Shown piece after piece: positions 18,458 through 28,298 of a stretch of DNA of 64,000 nucleotides. The stretch is taken from assembly GCF_049584895.1 (NCBI RefSeq), contig NZ_JBAUYR010000097.1:2921-66920 (forward strand). The letters are read 5' to 3'. Below the pieces are notes generated by a model. That model was not told where the DNA came from. It made no database searches and was given only the letters and a program-made list of their open reading frames with translations. The DNA is from Candidatus Binatus sp. (GTDB taxonomy: Bacteria; Desulfobacterota; Binatia; Binatales; Binataceae). Position 1 is the first letter of the stretch; each line of letters begins with the position of its first letter. Position numbers and translations under genes: made by a program.

Positions 18458-19540
18458 ATGGATGAAATAATCACACACAAGGACGCCCCCACCGTCCTGA
18501 CGGAGATTCCGCGTTATACGGCGCCGGCTGAACCGGCCGCTCGCGCGCTCGACCGCCCGCGAATTCCGCCGCTCAACCTTGTGCTGCTGTTGCTCACCTT
18601 CCTGACCACCACGACCGCCGGCGCGTACATGAATGGCGAGGACGTATCTTTCATGCATCCGCTGCTCGCGATTGCGGCGCTGCGTTCGGGCCTCTCGTTC
18701 TCGATTCCGCTACTGATGATTCTGTTCGCGCATGAGATGGGCCACTACCTGACCTCGCGCTACCACAACGTCGATGCCTCCCTGCCTTACTTCATTCCGG
18801 CGCCACCTTCGATTTTCATCATCGGCACTTTCGGCGCGTTCATCCGGATGCGCGAGCCTGCGCGCACTCGCCGCGTGATGTTCGACATCGGCGCCGCCGG
18901 CCCGTGGGCTGGTGTGATGCTCGCGATACCCGCGGTCGTCATCGGGCTCTATCTTTCCGACGTGACGCCGCTGGACAAATCCGCCGGCGGCCTCGAGCTC
19001 GGCAACTCAATCTTGTTCCTGGGCCTCTCTCATCTGGTGCTCGGCGTCGATCCTTCGACGGTCAACGTGAATCTCAGTCCGATCGCGTTCGCCGGATGGC
19101 TTGGGCTTTTCGTCACCACGCTGAACCTGCTTCCGGTCGGACAGCTTGACGGCGGCCACGTGATCTACGCGCTGTTCCCACGCCGTCATCGCACGATCTC
19201 GGTGCTGTTCGTTATCTCATGCGTGCTGATGGTGCTGGTGCCGCTCGCGCTCGGCTACAATCTCTGGTGGGGCTGGCTGCTATGGGCAGTGCTGGTGATG
19301 GCGCTTGGATTGGGACATCCCTCGACCATCGATCGCGACACGCCGTTGAATCCGCGCCGCGCCCTCGCCGCGTGGGCTACGGTCGCGCTCTTCATCGTCA
19401 CGTTCAGCCCGGTGCCGCTCTCCTTCGTGCAGCCCGAAGCGCCGGTGCCGACCGAGGAAAATAGCCACAGCCAGGAAATAATCCATCACATGCCGCACTA
19501 CGATCAGATGCTGCGGCAACTCGGTCATGTTAAAATCTGA
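18458..19540 (+). CDS. M50-family site-2 metalloprotease
   Basis: HEMGHY (HExxH) in a TM helix, with a downstream NLLPVGQLDGGH motif. Confidence 0.85.
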   Translation: MDEIITHKDAPTVLTEIPRYTAPAEPAARALDRPRIPPLNLVLLLLTFLTTTTAGAYMNGEDVSFMHPLLAIAALRSGLSFSIPLLMILFAHEMGHYLTSRYHNVDASLPYFIPAPPSIFIIGTFGAFIRMREPARTRRVMFDIGAAGPWAGVMLAIPAVVIGLYLSDVTPLDKSAGGLELGNSILFLGLSHLVLGVDPSTVNVNLSPIAFAGWLGLFVTTLNLLPVGQLDGGHVIYALFPRRHRTISVLFVISCVLMVLVPLALGYNLWWGWLLWAVLVMALGLGHPSTIDRDTPLNPRRALAAWATVALFIVTFSPVPLSFVQPEAPVPTEENSHSQEIIHHMPHYDQMLRQLGHVKI

Positions 19541-19571
19541 GCGCGCGTAACCGAGCGATCGAGGGAAGGTA

Positions 19572-20075
19572 TTGGCCGAAATTCCGACTATCAAACCGAA
19601 TCATCCGCCGAGGCCCAATCGTCCGAGCTGGGACCAGTACTTCATGACGATTACGCGCGAGGTCGCGGAGCGCTCGACCTGCCTGCGCGCCCAGGTCGGC
19701 GCCGTCATCGTTCGCGACCGCAGTATTCTTGCGACCGGCTACAACGGATCGCCGGCAGGATTGCCGCATTGCACCCAAGTCGGATGCCTCATCTACGAAT
19801 CGCGCACGCCCGACGGTGAACTCGAGCAGAACTGCTACCGCACCATCCACGCCGAGATCAACGCGATCTCGCAAGCAGCCCGCAACGGTGCCGCGATCCG
19901 CGACGCCGACATTTACGTCACTCACACGCCGTGCATCCACTGCCTCAAGGTGCTCATCAACACCGGCGTCCGCACGGTGTACTATGCGCGTCCGTACAAG
20001 CTGCATACCGTAGCCGACATGCTTAAAGGCGCGACTATCAAGCTGGTCGAGGTCCCGGCCGCAGCCTCAGCATGA
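19572..20075 (+). CDS. Deoxycytidylate (dCMP) deaminase
   Basis: RPSWDQYFM...RSTC...HAEINAI...PCIHCLKVLI (zinc ligands H, C, C). TTG start. Confidence 0.88.
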   Translation: MAEIPTIKPNHPPRPNRPSWDQYFMTITREVAERSTCLRAQVGAVIVRDRSILATGYNGSPAGLPHCTQVGCLIYESRTPDGELEQNCYRTIHAEINAISQAARNGAAIRDADIYVTHTPCIHCLKVLINTGVRTVYYARPYKLHTVADMLKGATIKLVEVPAAASA

Positions 20076-20554
20076 CCTCGACAAAGCCCGCGTGCGGAAT
20101 CTGCGCGATGATCGGTCGCATCAAGGCCGGCGCCTTCCCCGATTTTATTGCGGAGCTGAAAAGCTGCTACGTGATCCTCGGCGATCAGCAATTCTATCGC
20201 GGCTATTGCGTGCTATTCGCGAAACTCCACGCGACCGAGCTCTATCTGATGCCCGCGGACACAGCGCGGCTGCTGTCAGACGAGATGCGTCTCGTCGCCG
20301 AAGCGATCGCCGCCGTCGTCCAGCCGTGGAAGATGAACTACGAATGCCTGGGAAATTCAGAGCCGCACGTGCATTGGCATCTGCTGCCGCGCAGCAAAAA
20401 CGAACCCGAGGAACTACGGCGCGGACCGATCTGGCTGCGACCCGAATCCGAACGCAAGGTGCCTCTCGACGAAAATGACCGCCGCGCACTGATCGGCTCC
20501 CTCCGCCACCAGCTTGCTATCCGCTTTCCCGATGCGCGCATTCCGACCGCTTAA
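20072..20554 (+). CDS. HIT-family protein
   Basis: Histidine-triad-like HVHWHLLPR near the C-terminal third; 4-nt overlap with the preceding gene. Confidence 0.7.
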   Translation: MTSTKPACGICAMIGRIKAGAFPDFIAELKSCYVILGDQQFYRGYCVLFAKLHATELYLMPADTARLLSDEMRLVAEAIAAVVQPWKMNYECLGNSEPHVHWHLLPRSKNEPEELRRGPIWLRPESERKVPLDENDRRALIGSLRHQLAIRFPDARIPTA

Positions 20555-20840
20555 CCGAAGTCTGCGCGCCGCATTCATTCTCGCGTTCGTGGGCCTCGTC
20601 ATTTCAGGATGCAAACCCGCGTCACTGCCCGATGCGACCAGCCCCGCCGCGCAGCTCTACGTAAGTCGATGCGGCAACTGCCACGTGCCCTACCCTCCGC
20701 ACGAAATGACGGCCGCGATGTGGGACACGCAAGTCACGATGATGGAAACGAAGATTCAAGCGGCCGGCATGCGCCCGCTGACGTCAGAGGAGCGCGCGTC
20801 GATCCTCGATTATCTGAAGCGCAACGCCGGCACCGAATAA
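20514..20840 (+). CDS. Small lipoprotein with a single CxxCH haem-binding motif
   Basis: Lipobox LVISGC, and CGNCH followed by conserved-looking MWDTQVTMME. The start may instead be at 20532. Confidence 0.5.
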   Translation: MLSAFPMRAFRPLNRSLRAAFILAFVGLVISGCKPASLPDATSPAAQLYVSRCGNCHVPYPPHEMTAAMWDTQVTMMETKIQAAGMRPLTSEERASILDYLKRNAGTE

Positions 20841-20945
20841 TTGTCATTTGACTCTGCGACCCGCGTGGTCTTAAGTGACCCTCAGATGCTGCCGCACCGA
20901 AGTTGCAGCGCGCACGAAAACAAAAAATTACGCGAGGAATTGTTC

Positions 20946-21149
20946 ATGGCTCGAATGATCAGACACGAAAAGAACTCACCGTACGAAGTACCGGAAGGCA
21001 CCGAGCTGCCAATCTACATCTGCGCGTGCGGACTTTCGAAGAACAAACCCTTTTGCGACGGCTCGCACAAAAAAACGCGCGACGAAAATCCCGCCGACGT
21101 CTACGTCTATGACGACATCGGCCGCGCCCGCGTCAAAACCGAATACTAG
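20946..21149 (+). CDS. CDGSH iron-sulfur domain protein
   Basis: [17 protein letters not shown] is the CDGSH 2Fe-2S signature. ATG at 20946. Confidence 0.8.
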   Translation: MARMIRHEKNSPYEVPEGTELPIYICACGLSKNKPFCDGSHKKTRDENPADVYVYDDIGRARVKTEY

Positions 21150-21181
21150 CCATTCCAGTCCACCCTCCTTCCGCGATTGCC

Positions 21182-21217
21182 CCCCTTCCCGTATGGGAAG
21201 GGGTTTAGGGGTTAGGT
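21182..21217 (+). repeat. REP-like element copy 1: CCCCTTCCC-GTAT-GGGAAGGGG hairpin plus TTTAGGGGTTAGGT tail
   Basis: Read directly from the sequence. Intergenic, between CDGSH and the GT39 gene. Confidence 0.8.
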
Positions 21218-21228
21218 TTCTGCCTCTC

Positions 21229-23070
21229 GTGCCCGAACAGATTGTGCGCGCCGACTCCGAGCCGACTCCACCTCCGAGCGACGAGACCAGCAAAGCTCCG
21301 CCGGACTGGCTCCAGTACATCGCCGAGCCGCGCCACGCATGGCCCATCCTGCTAATCGTCGGCGTGGCCCTCTACCTGGTAAATCTGGGCGGCTACCCGC
21401 TCTATACCAAGGGCGAGCCGCGCGAGGCCGTCACCGTTTTCGATATCGTTCACGGCGGCGGCATCATATTGCCGCAGCGTGCCGGCGTCGAAATTCCCTC
21501 CAAGCCTCTCCTGATGCATTGGATCGCAGCCCTTGTCTCGATCGTGGCGGGCGGCGTGAACGAATTTTCCGTGCGGCTGCCGTCCGCCGGTCTCGCTATC
21601 GCCGGCGTGATCGTTTGCTACTTCTATGTGCGCCGCCTGTTCGACGATGTGACCGCACTGATCGCCGCGCTGATACTCGGCACTACTTTTCAATACCTGC
21701 AAGCTGGGACGGGCGCCCGCGTCGATATGACGCTGACCTTCTTCATGGAAGTCGCGTTCTTCGAATTTATTTTGATGGCCGAAGGTTTGACCCGCCGGCG
21801 GATGCTTCTCTACGTCGCAATCGCGCTGGCAGTTTTGACCAAGGGTCCCATCGGTTTGATTCTTCCTGGCCTGGTCGCCCTGATATGGATCGCTCTCGAA
21901 AAACGCTGGAGCTTTCTCGGCGAGATGAATCTCGTCCGCGGCGCGATCGTCGTGCTAGTGCTCGCGGGAGGATGGTACGTCGCGGCGCTGATCGAAGGAG
22001 GGCCCGATTTTTTTCGCAAGCAGGTTCTCGCCGAAAATCTGCTTCGCTTCGCTGGCGGCAGCGATTTTCACGAAGGCCACATCCACCCCTTCTATTATAT
22101 GGAGCTCGCGCTCCTGGCCGGCTTCATGCCGTGGACGTTTCTGCTGCCGATCGTCGGCGTCCAGGTCGCGCGCACGCCGCTCACCGCCGATTCGCGCCTC
22201 AAATACATCTTCGTCTGGTTTGCCGCCGTCGTGATCTTCTACAACCTTCCGCAGAGCAAGCGCGGCGTATACCTGCTCTGCATGTATCCCGCTTTTGCGA
22301 CTCTGGTCGCGATTTATTTGAGACAGGCCGTCGTGCGGCCTGCGCCGTCTGCTACGCTGGCCCATTGGCTCGCGCGACTGTATGGCGTCGCGATGCTGCT
22401 GTCTGGGAGCGCCGCTCTGGTCGCGCTCGCGATGCTCATAGCCTCGCCACACGAGTTCGCCGACCTGCTGCAAGTGGGGAACGTTCGCGCGTCTGCCTTT
22501 GCGCCGAACCTCGCCTCGGCCGTGGACGAACATTGGATACTGGCGCTCGCGATGCCGCTGACGGTCGTCGTGCTCGGCGTGCGGCTGATAGTCACGCGGC
22601 CACTGGTCGAACGAATCGTGTTCGCAATCGCGTCCGCGATGGTCTTCGTCACCGTTGCGGTCAACGTCATCGTGGTGCCGGCTATCGCCAACACCCTCTC
22701 ACTGAAGGAGTTTACCGATCGCGCGATGAAAGTCGTCGACGACAATCCCGTCGGCTACCTGAATGCGCTCAACTACGACGTCGCCTTTTACAGCCGCCGC
22801 ACAATTCCGATCGTCTCGCAAAAAGATCCCGACATGCCCCGGTACGTGATCGCATGGCGCACGCTCTTCGATGCGCTGCCCGCGTCGAAGAGCAGCCGTT
22901 TCGAAATCGTGATGGTATCGAACCCGACTTCGCTCGACGGCAGCGACGAGATGCTCCTGCTCCGCCAGCGCGCGGGTGCAGCAACTCCGCCGCCCAAGCC
23001 TTCCGATGACTACATCCAGGCCACCACCAATCCGGTTCCCCTTCCCACGTGGGAAGGGGTTAGGGGTTAG
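21229..23070 (+). CDS. GT39/ArnT-like membrane glycosyltransferase
   Basis: LYLVNLGGYPLYTKGEPREAVTVFDIV... followed by many TM helices. The start was moved to an in-frame GTG at 21229, because the track ORF (21109) reads through the CDGSH 3' end and repeat copy 1. The last ~11 codons and the stop are supplied by repeat copy 2. Confidence 0.75.
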   Translation: MPEQIVRADSEPTPPPSDETSKAPPDWLQYIAEPRHAWPILLIVGVALYLVNLGGYPLYTKGEPREAVTVFDIVHGGGIILPQRAGVEIPSKPLLMHWIAALVSIVAGGVNEFSVRLPSAGLAIAGVIVCYFYVRRLFDDVTALIAALILGTTFQYLQAGTGARVDMTLTFFMEVAFFEFILMAEGLTRRRMLLYVAIALAVLTKGPIGLILPGLVALIWIALEKRWSFLGEMNLVRGAIVVLVLAGGWYVAALIEGGPDFFRKQVLAENLLRFAGGSDFHEGHIHPFYYMELALLAGFMPWTFLLPIVGVQVARTPLTADSRLKYIFVWFAAVVIFYNLPQSKRGVYLLCMYPAFATLVAIYLRQAVVRPAPSATLAHWLARLYGVAMLLSGSAALVALAMLIASPHEFADLLQVGNVRASAFAPNLASAVDEHWILALAMPLTVVVLGVRLIVTRPLVERIVFAIASAMVFVTVAVNVIVVPAIANTLSLKEFTDRAMKVVDDNPVGYLNALNYDVAFYSRRTIPIVSQKDPDMPRYVIAWRTLFDALPASKSSRFEIVMVSNPTSLDGSDEMLLLRQRAGAATPPPKPSDDYIQATTNPVPLPTWEGVRG

Positions 23071-23072
23071 GT
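23038..23072 (+). repeat. REP-like element copy 2: CCCCTTCCC-ACGT-GGGAAGGGG hairpin plus TTAGGGGTTAGGT tail
   Basis: Read directly from the sequence. It lies between convergent GT39 (stop 23068-23070, inside the tail) and Sir2 (stop 23075-23077). Confidence 0.8.
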
Positions 23073-23074
23073 TC

Positions 23075-23872
23075 CTAGGACAAAGCTTCTCGTCGAATTT
23101 CGGCGGCGGCCTTCACCAACCGCGGCAGCACGTCTGCCGAAGTGCCGCGCAAACTGACGTCGCATATCTGCGTGATCTCTGAATCGTAGAGATTCACTTC
23201 GATTAAAGTTCCGCCGCGCTGCTTCACTTCGAGCGCGAATCCTGCCGCCGGATAAACCGTTGCCGAGGTGCCGGCAACAATCACCAGGTCCGCCTTCGCC
23301 GAATGCTCCGCGCAAATGTTCAGCACGTCGATTGGAATCGGCTCGCCGAACGAGACCGTGTCCGACTTCAACAATCCCTCGCATCGCGGACACGCCGGCG
23401 GCAGCGTCTCGAGGCTGATCGCGTCGCCATGAAACCGCGTCCTGCAATCGAGGCATCGAATCAAAGTCCAGTTGCCGTGAATTTCAGCGAGCGCCTTCTG
23501 CCCAGCCTGCCGATGAAGGTCATCGACGTTCTGCGTAATCACAAAGCGCAGAACTCCGAACTGCTCCAGCTCGACCAACGCGAGATGACCCGGATTCGGC
23601 CGGGCCACCGACAGTGGTTTGTAGAGTTCGTCGTTGCGCTTGCTGAGCCTCTCCTCCCAGGCCTTTTTCGGATCGGCCATGAAGCGTTGGAACCCGTTCA
23701 TCGGCGGCTCGCCGTATTTGGTCCAGAGTCCGCCAGGGCCGCGAAAAGGAGGTATGCCGCTTTCGACCGACATCCCCGCGCCAGTCAGCGCGATCGGGTA
23801 TCGCGCTGCCAGAATCGTTCTTGCAGCATCGCGAATGTCGTCGTCGCTTGCACGCTGGTTCGGTTTTGCCAT
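23075..23872 (-). CDS. cobB: NAD-dependent protein deacylase, Sir2 family
   Basis: GAGMSVESGIPPFRGPGGLW, QNVDDLH, zinc ribbon CLDC...CPRC, and VIVAGTS. Confidence 0.88.
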   Translation of the reverse strand: MAKPNQRASDDDIRDAARTILAARYPIALTGAGMSVESGIPPFRGPGGLWTKYGEPPMNGFQRFMADPKKAWEERLSKRNDELYKPLSVARPNPGHLALVELEQFGVLRFVITQNVDDLHRQAGQKALAEIHGNWTLIRCLDCRTRFHGDAISLETLPPACPRCEGLLKSDTVSFGEPIPIDVLNICAEHSAKADLVIVAGTSATVYPAAGFALEVKQRGGTLIEVNLYDSEITQICDVSLRGTSADVLPRLVKAAAEIRREALS

Positions 23873-23916
23873 CGGGAATTACACCCTCCGCGGAAAATCC
23901 GACTAGTCAGTCGCCA

Positions 23917-24897
23917 TCAACTGGCTACACACGAAATAAACGTGAATGCATATACGGCCAGCCCTGCTGCTTCGGCTCGAATAGACACTGAGCCTGAAAC
24001 TACCGACTCATTCGCGACGACGTTGTACATCCGCGGGCGGTTCACCGTGATAAATCCGCGGTCGCCTTCGAATTTCACGTCCTCGCCCGCGCGCTGCGTA
24101 CCTTCCAGAGTAATCTCTGCGCGCACGCTGGCCCCCGCCGGCGGCGCCATCACCAGATTCACATCTTTCGCCGTGTACCTGAGCGAGATCGCCGCGCCCA
24201 ACGCTTCGCTGCGAGCGCTTTCCTGCTCCACGAGCCATCGGCCCGCGAGATAGGTCATGCCCTCGACATGCGGCCCGAGGTCGCGATAGTCGTGCGGCCG
24301 ATCGCGGACCACGCCCTCGAAATTTCCGAACTGGCCGCGCGCATAACCGAGGTACAGCTCCGGCGTGACGCGATAGCAGACGGCGCCGGGTCGATCGCTG
24401 TCGCGCACGGGCTCCAACGGCGGCGGCAAACTCGCGCTCGGATTCAGTTCGCGGAGCAATCCCTGAATAGCTACTTCGGTTTCCTGGTACGCACCTTCGC
24501 CGAAGTGGTAATAGCGAATGCGTCCCTTCGCATCGACCAGGTATTTCGCCGGCCAGAAGCGATTCGAGTACGCCCGCCAGATTGCGTATTCGTTGTCGAG
24601 CACGATTGGGTATTCCAGACCGAATCGGGCAGCCGCTTCCGCGACGTGCGATCCTTCGCGCGCAAAGGAAAACTCAGGCGCGTGCACGCCGACAACCACT
24701 AAGCCGCTATCCTTGTATCTTTTGTTCCACGCCACCACGTACGGCAGGGTTCGGATGCAATTAACGCAGGTGTAGTCCCAAAAATCGACCAGCACCACTG
24801 CCTTGTCGCGCAGGGCCTTGAGGCTGACGGGGCCGTGCTGAATCCAATTCCCGCCCTCCGGTTCAGGCGCGTAAATTGTCTCGGACAACTGTGGCAT
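23917..24897 (-). CDS. Thioredoxin-fold redoxin with DipZ-like C-terminal domain
   Basis: VLVDFWDYTCVNCIRTLPY (CxxC) followed by a ~150-aa beta-rich C-terminal domain. Confidence 0.7.
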   Translation of the reverse strand: MPQLSETIYAPEPEGGNWIQHGPVSLKALRDKAVVLVDFWDYTCVNCIRTLPYVVAWNKRYKDSGLVVVGVHAPEFSFAREGSHVAEAAARFGLEYPIVLDNEYAIWRAYSNRFWPAKYLVDAKGRIRYYHFGEGAYQETEVAIQGLLRELNPSASLPPPLEPVRDSDRPGAVCYRVTPELYLGYARGQFGNFEGVVRDRPHDYRDLGPHVEGMTYLAGRWLVEQESARSEALGAAISLRYTAKDVNLVMAPPAGASVRAEITLEGTQRAGEDVKFEGDRGFITVNRPRMYNVVANESVVSGSVSIRAEAAGLAVYAFTFISCVAS

Positions 24898-25115
24898 CGC
24901 AATCTCCTCGATGATCCGGAGCGTAGCACAGGCCCGGTTTCACCTCTAAATCGGGCGGCGCGCCAATGCAGTGGGCTCAGTCTGACTTGTACTACACGGC
25001 GGGCAGTGTTGTATTGTTGTCTCGATTTAGCAACTGAACCCCGGGGAGAGCGCAATGACAATGTCCATGTCCATTCAGAGAGCGGTTTCAACCCATCAGA
25101 AGGACATGGTGTTTC

Positions 25116-26935
25116 ATGCGAATAGTACGTTCCGAAGGTTCGGGGCGCGTCGGCGCCGATAAATCAAGGGCAGGCGCGCGGGCGGCGACGCGATTCGCGG
25201 GCTCGCGAGCCAAAAAGTTCCTCTCCTACTACAAGCCGTATCGAGGTCTGCTTTTTGCGGACCTTTTGTCCGCCGTCATCATATCGGCGGCGGCATTGCT
25301 AATGCCGGTCTGTGCGAATTTCATCACCAAGAACCTGCTTGGAAGCGCCGCCGTGCCCGGCGCGATCGACAAGATCTATCTGCTTGGCGGTGTGATGCTC
25401 GCGCTCGTCGGCATCCAGACCCTGTGCACGTTGTTCGTCGATTATCAGGGACATGTGATGGGGGCGAAGATGGAACGCGACATGCGGCGAGAGCTGTTCG
25501 AGCATTATCAGAAACTCTCGTTCAGCTTTTACGACCGGCAGAGAACCGGCCAGCTCATGACGCGGATCACCAACGATCTCTATTCCCTCGCCGAGCTTTA
25601 TCATCACGGACCGGAAGATCTCGCGATCGCGCCACTGGAAATGACAGGGGTGCTGATCATCCTTGCGCATATCGACAGGACGCTCACGCTGATCGTGCTG
25701 GGCTTCCTGCCCGTGATGTTCCTGTTCGCGCTGCATTTCAGCCGGCGCATGACAGCCGCGCTGAGATTGAGCAAAGACCGCATCGGCGATATCAACGCGC
25801 GGGTCGAAGACTCGCTCGCGGGAATCCGGGTGGTTAAGTCCTTCACCAACGAGGGGTTCGAGACCACGCGCTTCAACTACGAGAACGATCGCTTTCTTGC
25901 GAGCAGGAGCGAGGAATATCGGAGCGAGGCGTGGTTCTCAGGCGGGATGGCCGCATTCACACAGCTCATCACGATTGCCGTGATCGTATTCGGCGCGGCG
26001 GGGATCGCGCGGTCGGCGCTCGATCTCGCCGACCTGCTTACCTTCCTGATGTGCATCGCCGTGCTCATTGACCCCATTCGCCGGCTGGTGAATTTCGCAC
26101 GGCTCTATCAGGAAGGCAGCACCGGGTTTGACCGCTTCTTTGAAATGCTGCAGATGGAGCAGGACCTGCCCGACCAAACTGGCGCGGCAGAACTGACGGA
26201 TGTGCGGGGAGATATTTCGTTCCGCAGTGTGAGCTTCCGATACAGCGACGATTCGCCCATGGTGCTGAAGGATTTGTCGCTCGAGATAAGAGCCGGCGAA
26301 TTTGTCGCGCTGGTGGGGCTTCGGGCGTCGGCAAGACCACGCTCTGCTCGCTGATCCCGCGCTTCTATGATGCGACCGCGGGCGACATTCTGATCGATGG
26401 CAGGAACGTGAGAGATATCCGACCACACTCCCTGCGGCGAAATATCGGCATCGTGCAGCAGGACGTTTATCTGTTCGCGGGGACAGTTGCGGAGAATCTT
26501 CGCTATGGCAAGCCCGACGCGCGCGGCGAGGAGATCATTGAGGCCGCGAAACAGGCGCATGCGCACGATTTCATCATGACGCTGCCGAACGGCTATGACA
26601 CGGAGATCGGCGAGCGCGGGGTGCGGCTCTCTGGCGGCCAAAAGCAACGGCTCAGCATCGCGCGCGTGTTTCTCAAAAATCCACCTATCCTGATCTTCGA
26701 CGAGGCAACGAGCGCGCTCGACAATGAGAGCGAACGATCGATCCAGGAGTCGCTACAGCGGCTGGCGCACAATCGCACCACGATCGTCATTGCGCACCGG
26801 CTATCCACAGTGAGACATGCGGGGAGAATTGTAGTGCTGACCGAGGATGGGATCGTCGAAGAAGGTACGCATGCCGAGCTGGTCACGTCGGGCGGCGCGT
26901 ATGCGCGACTCTACAACACTCAGGCGAGCATATGA
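25116..26935 (+). pseudogene. ABC exporter (fused TMD-NBD, MsbA-like) interrupted by a -1 frameshift inside the Walker A motif
   Basis: ORF 25116..26354 carries the TMD and ends ...EFVALVG then junk. Shifting one base at the G4 run 26315-26318 restores [31 protein letters not shown], which joins ORF 26408..26935 ([27 protein letters not shown]). Confidence 0.8.
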
Positions 26936-26988
26936 GAGATGGCTAAAATGCAGAGACCGATTTCGGGCAGCGATGGTCCCAGGAAGAA

Positions 26989-27468
26989 TTGACGACGCGT
27001 CCATCGCGCGCTACTCACTGGCTTGTGAACGAATCTACGCGCATCAAGGTGATTGAGATCGAGTCGCCGGGGGACATGCAGCGCGCCCTGGCGATTCGGC
27101 GCCGCGTGTTTATCGAAGAACAAAATGTTCCCGAAGAAATCGAATTGGATGCGTCTGACGAGCACGCGTTTCACGCATTGGCGATTCTCGACGGCGTCGC
27201 GATCGGATGCGGCCGGATGCTCGAGCATGGGGCAAGCGAAGTTAAGATCGGCCGTATGGCGGTCTTGCTCGAATTTCGTAAGACCGGGGTCGGCGCTCAA
27301 ATCCTGCGCTTCCTGATCGAGCGCGCGCGCGAGCGCGGATTCCGAAAAGCGATCCTGCACGCGCAGCTGACCGCCGAGGGCTTCTATCTCAAGGAAGGAT
27401 TCAATCCGGTGGGCGGCGTTTTCGACGAGGCCGGAATCGCGCACCGCACAATGGAGCGGGACCTCTAG
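26989..27468 (+). CDS. GNAT-family N-acetyltransferase
   Basis: RRRVFIEEQNVPEEIELD...IGRMAVLLEFRKTGVGAQIL... Confidence 0.8.
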   Translation: MTTRPSRATHWLVNESTRIKVIEIESPGDMQRALAIRRRVFIEEQNVPEEIELDASDEHAFHALAILDGVAIGCGRMLEHGASEVKIGRMAVLLEFRKTGVGAQILRFLIERARERGFRKAILHAQLTAEGFYLKEGFNPVGGVFDEAGIAHRTMERDL

Positions 27469-28298
27469 CGGTACAGGCTGGCGGCGAACTCCTCGATCAC
27501 GCGCGCGACCTCGGCGGGCTTCTCGAGGATCACGTGATGATGCGCGTCGGCGATCGTCACCAGGCGCGTCTGCGGGTTTGATGCGCGCGCATGCTCGGCG
27601 GCCTCGGCGGTCATGATGCGGCTGTGATCGGCGCGCACCAGCATCGTGGGAATCCTGATCTCCCTGATCGTCTCGAGCACCTCGAGTCCGTCGCCGCCGA
27701 GAAAACTTTCGCGATCGAACTTGAGCGTCCACCGCCCTTCATCAGTCCGCGCCAGGCTTCGCTCGGCGATCTCGAGAAGCACTTCGTCGGGAATTCCACC
27801 CTCCTTCGGCATCAGACGAAACCTCGCTTTCGCGGTCGCGAGATCGGGATACGTCACGACCGGCAGTCCCTTCAGCCGGCGTAGATATCGATCACGGCCG
27901 CGGCTCGAGGTGACGGCGACGTCAATCGCCATCGCGCCACGCACGCTTTCCGGATGCTGGCGCGCAAACGCCAGCACGTTCAGCCCGCCCATGCTGTGAC
28001 CGACGACGACCGGCTTCTCCGCGTTGGGCGCGATGTGCTGGACGAATCTCGCGATGTCGCTCGCGTAATCCGCCGGCGAGTACGCGACCGGACGCGCCCA
28101 TTCGCTGTCACCATGCCCGCGCTGATCAAGCGCCAGCAGGCGGTACTCCGGCGCAATCACGCGGGCCAACGGCTCCCACCACCACGCATTCGCCGAGTTG
28201 CCGTGCAGCAATACGATCGTGCGCGACGCGTCCGGATTCCATTCCAGGTAGTGGAGCCGCGGCGAGCCCTCGAGCAGGTGACTATGCGGAGCGGTCAC
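27465..28298 (-). CDS. Alpha/beta hydrolase
   Basis: LLHGNSANAWWW, nucleophile elbow GHSMGG, DQRGHGDS. Confidence 0.8.
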   Translation of the reverse strand: MTAPHSHLLEGSPRLHYLEWNPDASRTIVLLHGNSANAWWWEPLARVIAPEYRLLALDQRGHGDSEWARPVAYSPADYASDIARFVQHIAPNAEKPVVVGHSMGGLNVLAFARQHPESVRGAMAIDVAVTSSRGRDRYLRRLKGLPVVTYPDLATAKARFRLMPKEGGIPDEVLLEIAERSLARTDEGRWTLKFDRESFLGGDGLEVLETIREIRIPTMLVRADHSRIMTAEAAEHARASNPQTRLVTIADAHHHVILEKPAEVARVIEEFAASLYR

